Below, one piece after another: positions 39,231 to 50,627 of a stretch of DNA of 64,000 nucleotides. A model generated the notes under the pieces. That model made no database searches. It saw nothing but the letters and a program-made list of their open reading frames with translations, and was not told where the DNA came from. Source of the DNA: Eukaryota sp. GEM-RC1 (taxonomy: Eukaryota); the NCBI GenBank assembly GCA_040285855.1, contig JAUFOQ010000002.1, positions 1,736,001-1,800,000 on the forward strand. The letters are read 5' to 3'. The stretch's first letter is position 1, and every line of letters begins with the position of its first letter. A program made the position numbers and the translations under genes.

Positions 39231-39719
39231 AATTGAGTTATTTAGTGATTCAATATTTTCTAAAACAATCTTATTGAACTTTATCAATCTGACTCATATT
39301 ATTGTTACTGTTGGAAAGGTTTTTCGTGAACCAAGTTTCATCAAGGATTGCTAATTGTAGCGCAAATTTCGTTGCAATTGTAAGGCTATATACCAGAATA
39401 GTTTAGTGCGCAGATTAAATTCTAGATTGTTCAAAAGATTAAACACCACTCATTTTAGTTTATTGTATAAATTGAAACCACAAACTATTTCTTATTTACT
39501 ATTACTATTGAGACATGTTTGGCATTGTGAATTATCCATAGCTTGAATTTTGTTGAAATGAACAAGTTGATACAGCAGAAGCAAAGAGTTCTACCAAAGT
39601 GAAGTTGTTTTCTTCAACAGTAAGACAAAAAAATCGAAGTATCTCTCATATTAAACAAGAAAAGATAAAATAGATTATTATAACATAAAAAAGACTAAAA
39701 GACATCAAAACTAACAAAA

Positions 39720-40694
39720 CTAATTCGACTCGCTACCAGAAACTTCCTCTTCGCTAATCTCCTCAACATCAGATCCTTCCTCGACCTCAACTTCTTCCAC
39801 CTCAACCTCTTCTCCTTCACTGTCGTCCCCCTTTCCAATCTTCTTAAACATCCTAGCTGCCGTAAGATCAAGCTCATCGAAATCTTGATACTCCATATGC
39901 ACTCGTCCTCGAATATTACCAAGATCATCCTTTTCAAAGTTCTTCGACATTGTCTTAACCGCTTCCTTTGGTACTTTGTAGGCAGCCTTTACCACGTCAC
40001 CAGTAGCAAACTGAGTCCTCCTAATAGAGAGCTTCAGTCTGGGGCCAATTTCCTTTAGTTCTACTTCAGGCAGAGGCGTACCAGACTTTTTAAGTAAAAC
40101 TCCATAGTGGAACATAGTCAGGACGTCACTCACGAGGTGGAAGACGAAGACACGGTCAAATGAAGCAAGGTTTACTTGAGAAACTGGTTCTCCATGGTAG
40201 AAGTCCATGAAGAGGTTTGCAATTTTCTGGTATTTAGGGTCGAAATTCCACTGTTCACCAATAAAGTTGATTAAAGGTTTAGATCCTAATGCGCAATGGT
40301 GGTTGAACTCTGAAATGGGAGTGTGTTCAAGAACTCCAAACTCAACCAAATCAAGAAGAGAGTAGTTGAACATTCTTCCAATGGTAAGGTTATGTGGACG
40401 TTTTTTAGTGGAGTTACCTAGGACAACCAAGGGACATTCATTGCGATCGGAGAAGTATTCTAACTTGGAGGGGTCTTCGAAAGGCAGCACGTCGTTCTTA
40501 TGGGAGAACATTTGTGCGTCAGGTTTCTTTGTAAGATATAAGTCACTGAGAACATCATTGATAACTTGAGATGTGGAGTGTCCTTTCAGAAAGAGAGCTC
40601 GTTTAGCATCTTCGATGATTTTGGGTTCTTTGGATTCAAGAAACTTCTTACCACGCCTAGTTGTTGCGCGTCCACGAGGTTTAGGAAGAGGCAT
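39720..40694 (-). CDS. RPF2: Ribosome production factor 2 (Brix domain)
   Basis: EPKIIE..KRAL, KNDVLPFED, KKRPHNLTIGRMF, VELKEIGPR, D.LG...GRVHM..QD; acidic tail; likely start MPLPKP at 40694. Confidence 0.95.
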   Translation of the reverse strand: MPLPKPRGRATTRRGKKFLESKEPKIIEDAKRALFLKGHSTSQVINDVLSDLYLTKKPDAQMFSHKNDVLPFEDPSKLEYFSDRNECPLVVLGNSTKKRPHNLTIGRMFNYSLLDLVEFGVLEHTPISEFNHHCALGSKPLINFIGEQWNFDPKYQKIANLFMDFYHGEPVSQVNLASFDRVFVFHLVSDVLTMFHYGVLLKKSGTPLPEVELKEIGPRLKLSIRRTQFATGDVVKAAYKVPKEAVKTMSKNFEKDDLGNIRGRVHMEYQDFDELDLTAARMFKKIGKGDDSEGEEVEVEEVEVEEGSDVEEISEEEVSGSESN

Positions 40695-40728
40695 TGTGTG
40701 GGTTTGATGGTGAAAATGTTTCTCTTTC

Positions 40729-41501
40729 ATGAGAGAATTTCCATGTACTTATCCGAATTGTGACAAGGCTTACTCTCGTCTATATCATCTCAATCGTCAT
40801 ATTCAGTCTGCTCATCTTGATGAACGTCCTTTCGTTTGTACTTATAACGGCTGTGACAAAGCTTTTGCCTCTTCTGATAAATTAAATCGTCATCTTAAAA
40901 GCCATGAACAACCTCTAAGATTTTCTTGTGATGTAGATGGATGTGATTTTCGTGCCAAAAAACACAAGGAAGTACAAAAACACAAGGAAGAAGTTCACAA
41001 CGAACCAGAGTATTTACCCCATGGCTGTCCTGACTGTGATCGCCGTTTCAAATATCCTAGCAAATTACGATCTCATATTGCTGCTCAGCACAGCTCCATC
41101 CCCAGCCATCATTGCCCAGTCCCAGGTTGTGAAGCTGCTTTTTGTAAAATGTCTGAGTTGTCTGCCCACAAAAAACTGGTTCACAGTCAGACTCCCAAGT
41201 TTAGTTGTCCCCATTGTGACCGGAAGTTCAAAAGAAGAGTCATTTCAGTGAACACCTTAAGACTCACAGTATCGCAAGGGAACTGATCCATTGCGAGTTT
41301 CCTGATTGTGGAAAGACGTTTACATCAAAGTATAACTTGAGAGTTCATGTTGCTGCAGTTCATGAGAAGCAGAAGCCTCATGTCTGTACTGTTTGCAATA
41401 AGGCGTTTGCCCATAAGCACTGTTTGTCGAGGCATCGTCGTCTTCATGAGAACCCGGAATCTGTAGAAGAGCCGTCAAGCAAGATTTCTCGTGTTGAATG
41501 A
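40729..41501 (+). CDS. TFIIIA-like C2H2 zinc-finger protein (8 fingers; missing A near 41232)
   Basis: Eight tandem C2H2 fingers, several Cx4C, including CEFPDCGKTFTSKYNLRVHVAAVHE, which resembles TFIIIA finger 7. Corrected stop at 41501. Confidence 0.7.
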
Positions 41502-42102
41502 ATGTTGTTTTAGTTTGTTTAGTTTATTTTTTAATTGATTTTTGTCAAAATGCCGTTTCATTACACTGTATAAATCACAGTTTGTGTTGGAATCTTTTAC
41601 TTCTACTTAGAGTTATGAGCAACGTTTCCACGGTTCAGCATTTCCAAATTTCTGAATTGTAGTCTTGTGATTATACAAAATTTCCCAAAAAACTGAATTA
41701 TTCTCGTGCATTACGCATTCCAAATACACTTATGGTAGTGTAAAAGTTTTTGGATCAGTTAGGTCAATTGACCAGTTGATATGGAATGTGTGTTGTTTTA
41801 CATTTTGACCTATATTATAGCAGTTCAGTAGCTTGACACTAACGTCATCGCAGGATGCAGAAAGTTAATGCCCAAAATATGCTAAAATATTTGAAAAATA
41901 TAGCCAATTCTGGGGAATAGGCAACAAGTCGTTATAATCAACGTGTAGATTTGTTTACAGATGGTTTCAACATTGAATCTATGGTACTATTGTCTTCAGA
42001 ATCTAATAATATTCGATTGTTGTACATCAAAAATATATTTAGGCTTATGTTTAGAATTGATGGTTTCGAGATTGTCACGTGATCAATCGTGATCTCTACC
42101 TT

Positions 42103-45072
42103 CTACGTGAGTTTCTTTGGTGTTAATCGGAAAGGATTCGGACATATCTCAACCTCACTGAAAGCAACAATATCATCATGAGATCCAAACCTTAATGAAA
42201 AAGGAGGAGCACAACGTTTGAGAGCTTCAAACGACTCATCAACTTTGTCAAATTCAAAACCAGGCTCAGTACCAATCCTTTCAACTCTAACATTACCATA
42301 CTTCCAAGTCAAATACCACTCCAAATTTGATATAAAAGTTCCTACACTGTGATGGGAAGTAAAGTTTGTGTTTGGAAAAATGAGACATTGAATCTAAACT
42401 GACATTACCCTGATTAAAAAGAATAGAAACTATTCTACCTCCACTAGAGTGTAATTCTAGCTCAAATTGAGCACACGTCATAACACCGAATCTTAGACCA
42501 ATCACGTCATCAATTGGACAGATAACAGCAGGAATCTCACAAAAGCAGTCACGTTGGTGAAGGACAAAGTTATAACCATACTGATAATTAGGATCTGAAG
42601 TCAAAAGTTCCAATTGTTCCTTTCTACATTCAATTGAATCAGCAGCATGATCAGTGAATACTAAGAACCGACCATCTCTAATTCGATTAAGATAATGCAA
42701 CTCCACTTTAACATCGTCAGTAAAAGAATCGAACACATCACGTGACATCATGACGTGATCAACGTCAGTTAGTGGAACTCTAGAAGGAAGGTGAACTTCA
42801 ATGGATGAATGACTGTGAATTGAGAAGAAAAACGATATTACGTCGGCTTCAGTGATTTCATTAAGGGGTTTGTCTAGAGATTTTTGAACTGTCTGAATTA
42901 GGTACTTGGCCAAAACTTCAGCAGTTTCAAGATTTCCTAAATTTTGAATTATTTGATAATATTTCGAAACTCGCTCAAAATCATCATGAGTGGGACTATG
43001 ATATCGGTTGACATTGGCAGTGGATAGATTAACAAAAGTGGCAGGATGACGATTAATAGAATTTTTAAAATATACCGTAACTTCATCACACAAGCTTGGT
43101 CCTAAGTTGCAATAGATTGCTCTATATATTCTCAGATCACGTGACTGAAGGTCGGTATTAATAATAGTAATAGCAGCATCTCGAAGCTGAACAGCAGTTT
43201 TTCCTAGATCTTTCCCCAAGCTTATCAGTTCTAACTTTTCTCTATCCAATAGACATGTATTCTGAACAGCTTTGGGCATAGACTTATTACCAAAGCCAAA
43301 GTTTTCATAGTGATTTAAACAGTAAGAGGTCCATTCGATCAACACATTGGAAGCCTCATTGAAATTTTCAAATTTGATCAATTTGCGATGAGTTTTGAGG
43401 TGCTCAGCAAAGTCCCTGTTATTTTCTGTAGACGTGGCAGCAGTGTGGAGAGAGAAGAAGGAATCAAATTTGATAGATGATTGAAAACTGTCCCTACTAA
43501 GGCAATGAACAGGTTTAAACGACAAGAGCTTACGTGATACACTCGTAATCAAGTCAATCAGTTGTTGACTGTCAGAGTAGGGATCAAAATAAGGATCAAC
43601 AATCGCTTTCAATCGCTTACAGTTTTCACCAAAATCGACTTTCTTCATTCCTTCAGCTCTATACAATTTTAAATTTCCCGTAATTCCAGTAACATAGTCT
43701 AACTTATGTGAATACTGATAACGATGCTCTCTAGAGAAATCGTCACAACGATAATCAGGACAATCATTTCTGATTTCAAGAACTCCGGGATGGGAGAACT
43801 TTCCCAAATGGTGTTCATCAAGTTTCTGACAGGTTTCACCATTTAAACATTGAGGTTTGAAAACATGAATAAACCTTGCAAGATGTTCAGGATCACGTTG
43901 TCTTTCACAGGTAGAACCATTTGGGCACACGTATTTGTGCTCGTCATCTGATGAGTTGAGATCATAAGGATCGTCAGCGATTTCAGGTGAGTGTTGATAG
44001 ATGGATAGATGCTGATGAGAAACATCTAGACAGAATTCATTCTCACATTTTAATCTCAAGAAGGGCTTACTGCTAGCCAAGAGCCTCTTTTCATCAGATT
44101 CGTTTGATGAGAAATCATTCTGAAGAATATTCAAAATTTGCAATATTTCATCAATTTTGGGTCGTTCTGAAGTATTTGTATTTAGGCACAAGGAAATTAT
44201 ATTCCTTAAACATTCGGGTGTTGGATCCTCAAAAGGAAGTGAAGTACCTCTCATTTTAGCTGCAAATAACTGTAACACTGGATATCCTTTAAAAGCTTCT
44301 CTCCCAGTCAATAATTCGTATAGAACTAATCCAAGTGAATAAATATCACTACCAGGTTCAGCACTATTTAAATCAAACTGTTCAGGGGCAGCATACTTTG
44401 GTGTCATTGCATTAACAGCTGTTACTAAAGTTGTAGCTGCAATATTCCTGGAAGTACCGAAATCGGCAACTCTAACTTGATCATCTACTAGTAGAATGTT
44501 TGCTGGTTTCAAGTCACCATGAACGATAGAATTTAAATGAAGAAACTTAACAGCACGACACAACTCTGTGGCGTACCTCAATGTAAGTGGGGAAAGAGAG
44601 TTAGGGGTGGGAAGGGAAGATGAAGCCTTTTCCATTACAATGCCAATGGTTTTTTTGAAGGAAGTAAGTCCAAAGACTCGTAAGATAGACGGATGGTTTA
44701 GGTTGATTAGAAGACTCAGCTCTCTTTGAAGTTGTTTTCGTCCTTTTCTGTGAGATCAACCACTTTGATAGCGACAGAGAGATTAAGCCATTCAGCTGAG
44801 TAAACAGTGGCGAAACCTCCATCACCAATGTTTTCTCCGAGAATGATTTGATCTGAAGGAATTCGAGGACATAGAGCTCCATCACGAGAAGCTTTAACCA
44901 AATCTTGCAGGGCTAGGTTGATCTTTCTCTCTACAAAACACTGGATACCGCACACAGGACAGTTTGTTAGTGACTCAGAACATCGAGAACAAGTAGTATG
45001 TCCTTCTCCACAGATAAGTACAGGAATTCGATCAGTAAGATTGAAAGATTTGCAACAAATGAAGCAGTCCAT
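42103..45072 (-). CDS. RING - protein kinase - 3x PBZ zinc finger - ART-like domain fusion (frameshifts ~44745 and ~42325)
   Basis: CFICC...CGEGHTTCSRC...CPVC RING; GDGGFATVY, HGDLKPANIL, DFG, YAAPE; three Cx4-5Cx5-6Hx5H fingers; C-terminal PVH...SIEVHLPSRVPL. Confidence 0.8.
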
Positions 45073-45319
45073 GATGTGAGATATTGGAGAGATAGGCTAG
45101 GTGTTTATCAGGTTTGATTCTTCTAATGCAGTGATCTGAAACAGGTCGAATAGAGAAGATCTGTTTTCCTTTGAAATTACGACTTGAATTCTCCAAATTC
45201 TCAGTACTCAACCTCTGATGATTGTCTTGGTAATGCTAAAATAGCAAATATGTGAAGAATCAGTCTTAAACTATTCTTCAATATTTCAACTTAACAGACT
45301 TGGTTGAGAAAGGGCCACT

Positions 45320-45440
45320 TGCTCAGCTACATTGAAGATCATTTGGCAAATTATATAGCAGTAGATAGTAACCAAGTCTCATCTTTGTGGTACAATACTG
45401 ATCATTCAAATACTTGTGCTATTTGACTAGTTAATGCTAA
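45320..45440 (-). mobile_element. Short CRE-like retroelement fragment
   Basis: CAGCTACATTGAAGATCATTTGG.AAATT matches ~14682-14710. Confidence 0.55.
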
Positions 45441-46321
45441 TTTCTCATTTTAATCAATTAATAAATTAGCGAAAGCCGAAATTTTTGCTTAACCAAGCCA
45501 AGACGAACTACAATGATCTAGAAGTTGGAATACTAGATGAACCATTGTCCAACTGTTTCTAATGTGAAAGAATGAAAGCACACTGTGTGTAGAAAAAGTT
45601 CCACATATTCTGGAAACTGAATGCAGTAGAACTTTAAAATTCTGCGCGTTTCAACAAGTTGTTTGTTAACAAAGGGTCTAATAAAAAAAGTGTAACTGAC
45701 AGCGTGAACCAAGTGTGAAAGAGAAACAGTGACATGAGAAGATTCCCGTCCATCGTCGTCTGCAGAATTTTTAGCCTCATCCTGATTACTTTCTAAAGTA
45801 ATGTTAGTTTTGGAAGTTTGTTTATAGTTGGATAAAAATTTGTCTAAATGTATATGCTGGAACAGTTTGTCTTAAATAATTGGTAACATTTAAAAACGGA
45901 TCTAAACTGAACCACGAGTGAGAAATAGTATACGTGTCTACGGCTTGCTCTTCATAGTGTCCTTTGCTGAAACCTCTTTGATTGTAGGTCTCTATTTTTC
46001 AGTTGTCTTTTGATTAATCTCCTTCTTTGAACACATCAATACAGAAGTAGTTGACAGCTAGTGAGGAGCTCAAACAACTCAAAATACACTGAACTGTAGA
46101 TACGCAGACATCTCCTTAAACAAGGAGATCTTTTTCAGAAATCTGCGGACTTTTGGTTTATGTCCTCAAATTCTGACGATCTTGTCATTGAGCATTGTTT
46201 CTATTTCATTGTATCGGTATTTCGTGTCTTGAACAGACATTCGGAATTGTTGGTTTTGATCACTCAACAGTTTCGAAAACTGTTTCTTTGGTTCAACATG
46301 TCTTAATGGTTCGATTCAGTG

Positions 46322-46427
46322 GTGAAAGGAATTTTCACTACTCAGAATCTTAATCTTCGAGTGCAGATTCTAAGTACAGATATTAATAGTTGAAAATTGA
46401 TTAGAATGAAATGGTGCATTTCCACTC
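46322..46427 (-). ncRNA. Candidate omegaRNA scaffold (three consecutive stem-loops)
   Basis: Minus-strand hairpins at 46404-46427, 46339-46376 (12-bp stem UACUUAGAAUCU/AGAUUCUGAGUA with a G.U pair) and 46322-46338, directly 3' of the RuvC-like ORF. Confidence 0.35.
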
Positions 46428-46459
46428 ACGAAAACAAGCTGCTTAAACATACCCAGCAA

Positions 46460-48133
46460 TCAACTTATAATGAGCCCAAATTTTGACCTACTCAAGTCCA
46501 AAGCCGACTGCTGGTACTCCGCTTGTCCTAAATCAGTTCTGCCAAAGAAAGTTGGTCTAAGTTCAGGTGGCATATATACGGCACATATTCCAAAAACGAT
46601 GGCAGGAAGTACTACAGCGACTGCTATCACCTGATCCTTACTGTGGTTGAAAAATTTGTTGACATTCAAAGTTGACTAGTACACCTCTTTTTCGAGAAAT
46701 TGTGTACTTTCTACCCCGTTCTGGTGTGAATTCATCACACATGGCATCCCATCCAGTTATATGTCCATGTCTGAGAGCTTGAGGGCTAGGTACTTCTCCA
46801 CCCTTCGAGCCGTTCAGTACCATAGTAGTAGTTCCATCAAAGAAAGAACACAATGCAATAAAGACACGTTCTAGTACACGCCTCATCAAATCTAATTTAG
46901 AACAGTGTAAAGTAGGTCCATACTCGGTTTTTCTGATGCTTGAATCACTTCTTGAATTTCTGTAATACCTCTTTTGTTTGTTATGTGCACCGTCATACGA
47001 CACATTTAGGTCCTATTTTAGGACACTTGATCAGTCCATGGTTTTCTTCATTCAAATAGTAGCCACAAAGACGTGACCGGCCAAGATCCACACCCACTAA
47101 TGGGCCTCCAGGGACAATCCACAGTAATATTGGTCATCTACTCTACAAACATAGATGTAGTTCCTCTTTCCAAAAACAGGAGGCAACAAATCGTACCACA
47201 AACTACCAGCTAAAGATACATCTCTGTCTCTGATCGCGTTTTTAAAGGGAATACAATCGAAACATTGAATCCAGCTATTAAGTAAATCTGAATGCTGTTC
47301 AATAATTACAATTGCTGCCTCTGTATAAGAGAAGTCTTTATTAATTTTTTCAACATTGTAGAATTTGGAATAAATTTGAAGGAGAAAGACTGTTGTGGAA
47401 ATTAATTCCACCACGGAAAAACAAAGATCACAGAGTATCAAGGTGACAATGGGAGAAATTGTTTGGACAGCTCCCGACCAATTAAATGCATCATCATAGT
47501 CTTGTACCAATGTATTTGGAAAAGCAGCTTTACAGAACTTCTGAAACTCTTCTTTATCTCGAATAGGTAACACCTGTTTTGGAAGAAAGACCGAATGATT
47601 AAGCGAATCAAAATGATCACAAATATTTTGTATGAAATCGATAGTTGAAGTCAAGTATTAACTATCAGAGATAGGATCAAAACAGTACGGAATTTCTGTC
47701 ATGAAATCCATAATACATTGTCCTTTATGGGTTCCAGCAAATTCATGAATGATACCATTGTTCAGAACACACCATTGAAGTTGAAAAAAATGAATTGGTT
47801 TGGACCATATATTTCTCCTTGGGATCGGGAGAAAAAAGAGATAAAGATTCAAATTTTTGCAGAATAGTACCTCCTGGAATTGTGTTTAAAACGGTTGTTA
47901 ATTCCGCTAATGTTCCCTAATAACATGATAAATAACATCTTTTTCTACAATGAAGTAGTTATGCACATACTAGTAATATAACCCAATAGGATGATTGTCT
48001 AGCGGTTAATTCAAGTGTTTATCGTTCATCAAAAAATACAGATGGAACATTTCTAATATCAGTGGATTTGTTTGTAAGTTTAATTTAATCTTTTTGTACT
48101 CAAGGCAATCGAAAACGAAATGAAACAGAGCAT
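46460..48133 (-). pseudogene. Divergent Fanzor/TnpB-like RuvC nuclease gene, disrupted; candidate 26-nt intron 47945-47970
   Basis: Across frames, in order: LVGVDLGRSRL (~47070-47100), GSKGGEVPSPQALR...MCDEFT (~46725-46810), NHSKD...PPELRP (~46555-46650). Several indels and at least one in-frame TAA (47658-47660). Confidence 0.45.
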
Positions 48134-48591
48134 TTTTATTGATGTATATACTGTGTTCTACTTTGTGCTCGTGGATAACAATCAGTGGGTTGGACGGGAA
48201 TCAGTTATTCCATCCAGTGAATAGTGTATATTAATGGCACAAAATGTAATCTAGGAGCTTCTCCACACTCTGAGCCAGTAATAATTCAAAATTATTATTA
48301 CATTTATTTTCGTCGTGAACAATAAGTTATTTAAATATATATTTTTTCACATCCCTGGTGTAGGACTAAAAAAAATTCTAATCTAGACATAAATCTAATT
48401 ACGTAAACCTAATAAAGTAGTTCATCCTTAAGATTTCGGTGGTCACAAACTGAACGAAAATTGTACAGCTTTATAATTGAAAGGGAAACAACAACATCAG
48501 ATGATGCGATCAAAACGATTATGTGTAGTATATTGATTACCTTTTTGAAGTGATCACAGTTTTGTTTATAATTAAGCAGTACAGTTCTTGG

Positions 48592-49677
48592 TCAAAAAGA
48601 CACCCTACTCTTGTGTAATGATTTTAATGACTTTTTTGTTTGGCTGTTGATTGAATTCTTACAAAGATAGATTATAGAAACAGACGAATTCACCTTTAAA
48701 GCCTCTCCAAGTGCAATAGCGCCTTCAGGTCCAATTGAGTTGTTGTACAGATAGATCGTAGTGACAGACGAATTCACCTTTAAAGATTCAGCAATTGCAA
48801 TAGCGCCTTCAGGACCAATTGAATTGCTATCTAGATTGATTCTAAGAACAGACGAATTCATCCTTAAAGCTTCAGCAATTGCAATAGCCCCTTCATTACC
48901 AATTGAGTTATTATACAAATAGATCACCGAAACAGACGAATTCACCTTCAAAGCCTCTGCAATTGCTAAAGCTCCTTCACTGCCGATTGAGTTGTAACTT
49001 ATATAGATAACAGAAACAGACGAATTGACCTTCAAAGCCTCTGCAATTGCAATAGCGCCTACAGTACCAATTGAGTTGTTGCCTAAATGGATCATAGAAA
49101 CGGATGAATTCACCTTTAAAGCCTCTGCAATTGCAATAGAGCCTTCAGAACCAATTGAATTGTTCTGTAGATTGATCTCAGAAACAGACGAATTCACCTT
49201 TAAAGCATCTGACATTGCTAAAGCTCCCTCATGGCCAATTGAGTTACCACCAAGATAGATCTTAGAAACAGACGAGTTCACCTTTAAAGCCTCTGCAATT
49301 GCAGTAGCGCCTTCAGTACCAATTGAGTTGTTGCCTATATCGATCGTAGAAACAGACAAAGTCACCTTTAAAGCTTCCGCAATTGCTATAGCACCTTCAT
49401 TACCAATTGAGTTACCACCAAAATAGATCTTAGAAACAGACGAATTCACCTTTAAAACCTCTGCAATTGCTATAGCACCTTCATTACCAATCGAGTTGTT
49501 GCCTAGGTTAATCTTAGAAACAGACGAATTCACCTTTAAAACCTCTGCAATTGCTATAGCACCTTCATTACCAATTGAGTTGTGACGTAGCGCGATCTCA
49601 AAAACCTCATTTCGCATCATCTGATCATGAGAGATCTTCAACTCGGAGCTAAGTGTGCTCCAATCAAAAGGAGACAT
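48592..49677 (-). CDS. Ribonuclease-inhibitor-type (NLRC3-like) LRR protein
   Basis: About 12 near-identical 28-aa repeats NSIGxEGAIAIAEALKVNSSVSxIxL (84-bp DNA repeats). Confidence 0.9.
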   Translation of the reverse strand: MSPFDWSTLSSELKISHDQMMRNEVFEIALRHNSIGNEGAIAIAEVLKVNSSVSKINLGNNSIGNEGAIAIAEVLKVNSSVSKIYFGGNSIGNEGAIAIAEALKVTLSVSTIDIGNNSIGTEGATAIAEALKVNSSVSKIYLGGNSIGHEGALAMSDALKVNSSVSEINLQNNSIGSEGSIAIAEALKVNSSVSMIHLGNNSIGTVGAIAIAEALKVNSSVSVIYISYNSIGSEGALAIAEALKVNSSVSVIYLYNNSIGNEGAIAIAEALRMNSSVLRINLDSNSIGPEGAIAIAESLKVNSSVTTIYLYNNSIGPEGAIALGEALKVNSSVSIIYLCKNSINSQTKKSLKSLHKSRVSF

Positions 49678-50627
49678 TCTAAGAAGAATGTGGACTTTGG
49701 AATTTCAACCCAGACATAGACTACCAATTCTGATCGACCAACACCACCAACACCAACTGACTGATCCAAAACCAACATTGAAGATTTGTAAAACCTAGCA
49801 AATCCAGAACTCATCCAGAACTTAACGAGATGCCATGATCGGCGTACTGATGAGCAATTTGTTTTTGAAGTAACTATTATAAGTAAGCACTGGCAATGAT
49901 TTGTTTGCAGTATTATCGAAATTTTGAACCATGTACCAAAATGACGCAAAAAGATAATATTTCATTCAATATTTTATATTTAAATGTTACATAAATCTCT
50001 ATGATCACATGATATAATTCTTATATCATGTGATATAATTCTAACAATAACTAAACTCAGAACATCATTACTCGAAACGGGGAATATCCTATTAGGGGAT
50101 AACTTTGTGTCTATGTGTTTCCTTTCGAAATCAATCAGTGAAGTCGATTCATAGTGTGGTGTTAATGAGATCTTTTTCAGTGTTGTCTCCTTTCTTTAAT
50201 TGGGGAAATGTATACCTTCGAGCATTCAGAGACATTTAATCTCCATTAAGTAGGCACAATTTACAACAAAAGATTACTGGCAATGTACTGTTCTTCGAAA
50301 CATATTGGAAATTGGGTTGCAATCAATTCAAACTAATGGTCGCACCACTAATAAATTGACCAATGAAAGATTGCTAGTGCCTGATTATACCTACCATCTT
50401 TTCAAAAAACCACAAATTTATGAACAACCTACCATCTCAAATACAATTCCTTTATTTACTGTAAATGTAATAGATTAATCAACTAAAATTTGATGTCATT
50501 AAAACAACACCCGTCGCTATCAAACGTTACAACAGCTTTGTCCTCATAAAAGAAACTCACTGCTGATAAAGCTTTGGAGATGATTAGGGGAATTGTTTAA
50601 AAAACAGTAAAAGCGATCCGAGTCAAC

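Noticed and set aside
46108..46132. Hairpin ATCTCCTT-AAAC-AAGGAGAT as part of a guide RNA or terminator
   Set aside because: Isolated and located in what reads as a degenerate coiled-coil coding relic, ~190 nt from the hairpin cluster.
47655..47660. Stop-codon reassignment (in-frame TAA between ORFs)
   Set aside because: TAA, TAG and TGA all terminate conserved genes in the window, and conserved ORFs have no internal stops.
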